Positions 61,007-64,000 of a DNA stretch of 64,000 bases are shown in pieces; position 1 is the first letter of the stretch; each line of letters begins with the position of its first letter. Location: NCBI GenBank assembly GCA_003693705.1, contig RBZT01000500.1, positions 103,725 through 167,724 of the forward strand. Direction: 5' to 3'. Made by a program: the position numbers and the translations under genes. This stretch comes from Polymyxa betae A26-41. Taxonomy: Eukaryota; Protista; Endomyxa: Phytomyxea. The notes below the pieces were generated by a model. The model saw only the letters and a program-made list of their open reading frames with translations, ran no database searches and was not told where the DNA came from.

Positions 61007-63923
61007 TCATAGCCTGATTTATGCTGCAATGTTCGCCGGTTGTTGATCACGATCGTCAGTTATTGCCTCAAGGAGGTATAGTACGTGTTATATTTATCAG
61101 AGAATATATCTAATATTTTCGCCTTAAATTGTGTTGAAGAATGCCTTACTCTTTCCTGTGTCAGGAAAGCTTTGACTGATGAACAGCCTCGATTTCCCGG
61201 AAGCACATATCAATGCAGTTTCAATGTGATATAGGGCTTCTTTTCTGATGTTCGTTCTTAATACTGTACTTATAATAAAGTTATACCTGAGCGATTGTTA
61301 GATTGCTTTCTGAGAAAGTGTACTATTACTGTGTTTTTTTAGACAGAAAATGACTTGATCAACACCATAAGGTATGATGGATATATGATATTCCTAATCA
61401 AAAAGAAATAAAAGGATGTTGCGGGAATCCCCAGGGAGCATATCCCAGAGTTCGAAGAGAGATCCGTGAATACCTTGCGGATATCTACCATATATTGTTT
61501 CGGAGGATGGTCTCCATGTAAGCTTAATGTTGTACAAGATGGCAAATCGGCAGATTCAGCACAGCTACTATCTCCTCAGTTTGTGAAAGTTAATATCTAC
61601 AGCTCATTGTTGATGCCATCCGGAGCAGGTTATTATCAGACGGATAGAACCAACCTACAAAGTATGTGACCTTTTCTCAGCTCTCTGCATTATATTCACA
61701 GAGCTGCTTTGCGGTAGAAACCCAAATCTGAATTGCATTCAAACGGTTGCACTGGTCTATTTTCATTTGTGAGAAATGTAAACTGGTTTGGAAATCTTTA
61801 TTTACAGCTGGGGAATATCGCCGAAAATCACGCTCTGCAATCGCAAAGACAGATCCCGGACCTCCAAAAATGATGCCCAAATTCTGAAGACTGCTCCATC
61901 TAACATGATTTCTGAGGTTGAACCGTCACCGAGAAGCAGCAGTCGCAGGTCTGTCAGATCTCTTCTTAGATACTGTAGCTCAAATCGGATTTCTATTGCA
62001 CTGACCGGAGCCTGCATGCCACGTTGCGAATCCTGCAACTGGTCAAATTGTAATTAATCTCAAACGCCAACATGGGACACTGATCCACTTGAACGGCATC
62101 TAGCAAGGCCACGACTTGCAGAGCCTTTAAAAGCGGATAATTAGAGAAACGGAGGACAGAACGTTGGCAACGGGAAGTATTAATGGCGGTGCGAAACGCT
62201 ATCATCAGAATCACTAACAAATCTATATCGTGTTTGCTTAGTCTTACTGGCAACTGTACACCTGCGCAATACGCTCGCTGCACCGAACCGGCTGGGCGCC
62301 GGACTAATTAACAAGGATCCACGGCCGCTCTCAAACTGCCAGCAGAAGGGATATGCTGTGGTCTCAAGAGCGCTGCAGACATCTTGACGATGTTGGAATT
62401 GACTCCCTGCTTGCCGAACTCCACATCTCCGCCTACGAGAACTCTAGAGCTGACCAGAGTCTCCACCGAGGAGGACACGACTCTTACTTGGTCTTGTTGG
62501 TAAAGATGTTCCCGTCAACAGGCTTGCAAGAGCCTGCCATGCACGTTGCGACCAAATAAAACGGCAACCTTCCCGCGCGGCATCGTAGCTGAATGTGGTC
62601 GATTAAATCGAATCGGGGTGAAGTCATCTCTGTCGACTGCAATCACAGAGCGATATAAACTGGTGGTCTCGGGGATGATTACAAGTATGACCTCAAATAC
62701 AGGCCCGGGCACGCTTAAATAGCGACAGCGGCGCGGGTTCTGAGGCGGCGGTGAACTTGGCGAGGAGACGATTACAGTGCGGCATCGTGCGACGCTCCAG
62801 TCGCTCTGTCGTACTGTCACTTTGCCATGGTCGCACGAGACTTACCGAGAACTGTGCGCGGTCCGTTTAAGGGTTTCGCCGAAGAGGACTGCGCTGATAT
62901 GGCTCTGAAAATACCTGGGCTATACGCGCGCTGTATCGAACCGCCGCGCTACAGCGCCAAAAACAACGGACTCAAAGAGAATGCGGCAGGGTGGAGTGCT
63001 TGGATACCTAACGAATTTCAATAAAAGATAGAATTATAAAAAACAATTTCAGCCCGCAGCTGGCGCTTGACCCTATCATGTGTAACCATGGCCTCTTGAA
63101 GCTGCAATTCCAAATCCTCCGTCGGCTGGTACCGCGGGTGCTGTTCGATGGGCAGCAGACTCTGCAGCTGCAGTAGTTTGTTATATATAGTACAAGCGAA
63201 ACGCTCGCACGAAACGCTCACGCCGCCGCAATTCTGCGTCTGCGGCCTGGTTTACTAAGGCCAAGTCACGGCGGCATATTTATCAGCCAAATTATTGGCT
63301 GATGTAAAGATATCTGTAGCCAGACGTGTCGGCTCGCCGGAAATCCAGGCGCGAACAGCCGGGATCCACCAACTGTGCTCTTTCGGAACACAGTCAGGGA
63401 TCCCGTGCTCCGATGAAAGTTTCAAGATCGCGGTCCGCGCGAACTTGTCGGTATGAAATGAAGCGAGCGCCAACATAAACGATTTTCGATCGAAATTGGA
63501 GGGCTGGTTGTCCAGTCGTGCCGGCGTCTTCAGGAACTGATGATTGATTGAAATGAAATATCCGTCATCACTTTGGTAATGTGCTTGCTTTGATGTAGCA
63601 TATGGGTCTTTTTCTGTATGTATCAACTTATATTTTCTCCTAATGAAGTAATAAATACTGCGACACTGCGCACTATTTAAACCACATTGCGATACTACGC
63701 AAATGGTAACATAAGGGTTTCAAGTCAAGACCGCCGGAAGCTGAAGGCCCCCAAGCCCTGAATCACGTTCCGTCGGAATAGCGTCACGGACATGCGTCAC
63801 GGACCGCGGAACTACCCTGGAAGAATTACAGTTTGATTAAATTACCATTACGATTTTACAGCACTAACTCCAACGACTATCACGTTTTAGTAGAAGTGCT
63901 ATAAAGAATTCTTTAACTGCAAC

Positions 63924-64000
63924 ATGGCGAGTCGAGCATCTTCAAGAACTCTCCAAAAGAACAAAGAACAGAAGGCAAAGAATACTGAAGAAAATTCTCA
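63924..64000 (+). CDS. Possible gene start running off the window
   Basis: TATAAA near 63900, then an open frame MASRASSRTLQKNKEQKAKNTEENS to the edge. Confidence 0.3.
   Translation, partial: MASRASSRTLQKNKEQKAKNTEENS

Noticed and set aside
61802-62038. LLLLGDGST resembling the chorismate-lyase/ycf21 motif
   Set aside because: A single short motif with no supporting context

Overview
A gene-dense, intron-rich eukaryotic nuclear region. Introns are mostly GT-AG and about 45-55 nt, there are flagellar genes (DNAI1, BBOF1), and short TTTAGGG/TTAGGG tracts occur; a zoosporic protist such as a plasmodiophorid is my inference, not something the sequence proves. Housekeeping genes fill both ends: Tul1-like RING, PIG-M, DENN, SF3B1, dynein intermediate chain, mitochondrial RNA polymerase, PDS5, GCAT, LRR protein, dihydroorotase, BBOF1, RAD18 and an eIF4A-like gene with degenerate catalytic motifs. 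The main finding lies at about 29.7-52.7 kb, interleaved with SGT, Elongin A and Rab3GAP1. It contains five signal-peptide His/Asp-rich proteins (two visible only after manual splicing), one signal-peptide Tyr/Lys-repeat protein with Cys-rich ends, three intronless HSF paralogues with an altered recognition helix, and a bacterial-type CapA gene. Three of the His-rich proteins share an unrecognised ~30-aa Thr/Ala/Val motif. All five His-rich genes, plus a CAP/PR-1 gene 18 kb away, carry TGA(C/G)TCA within about 170 bp of the ATG. I infer a co-regulated secreted structural-material regulon (spore wall, adhesive or penetration apparatus). Exon boundaries and motif counts were read by eye.
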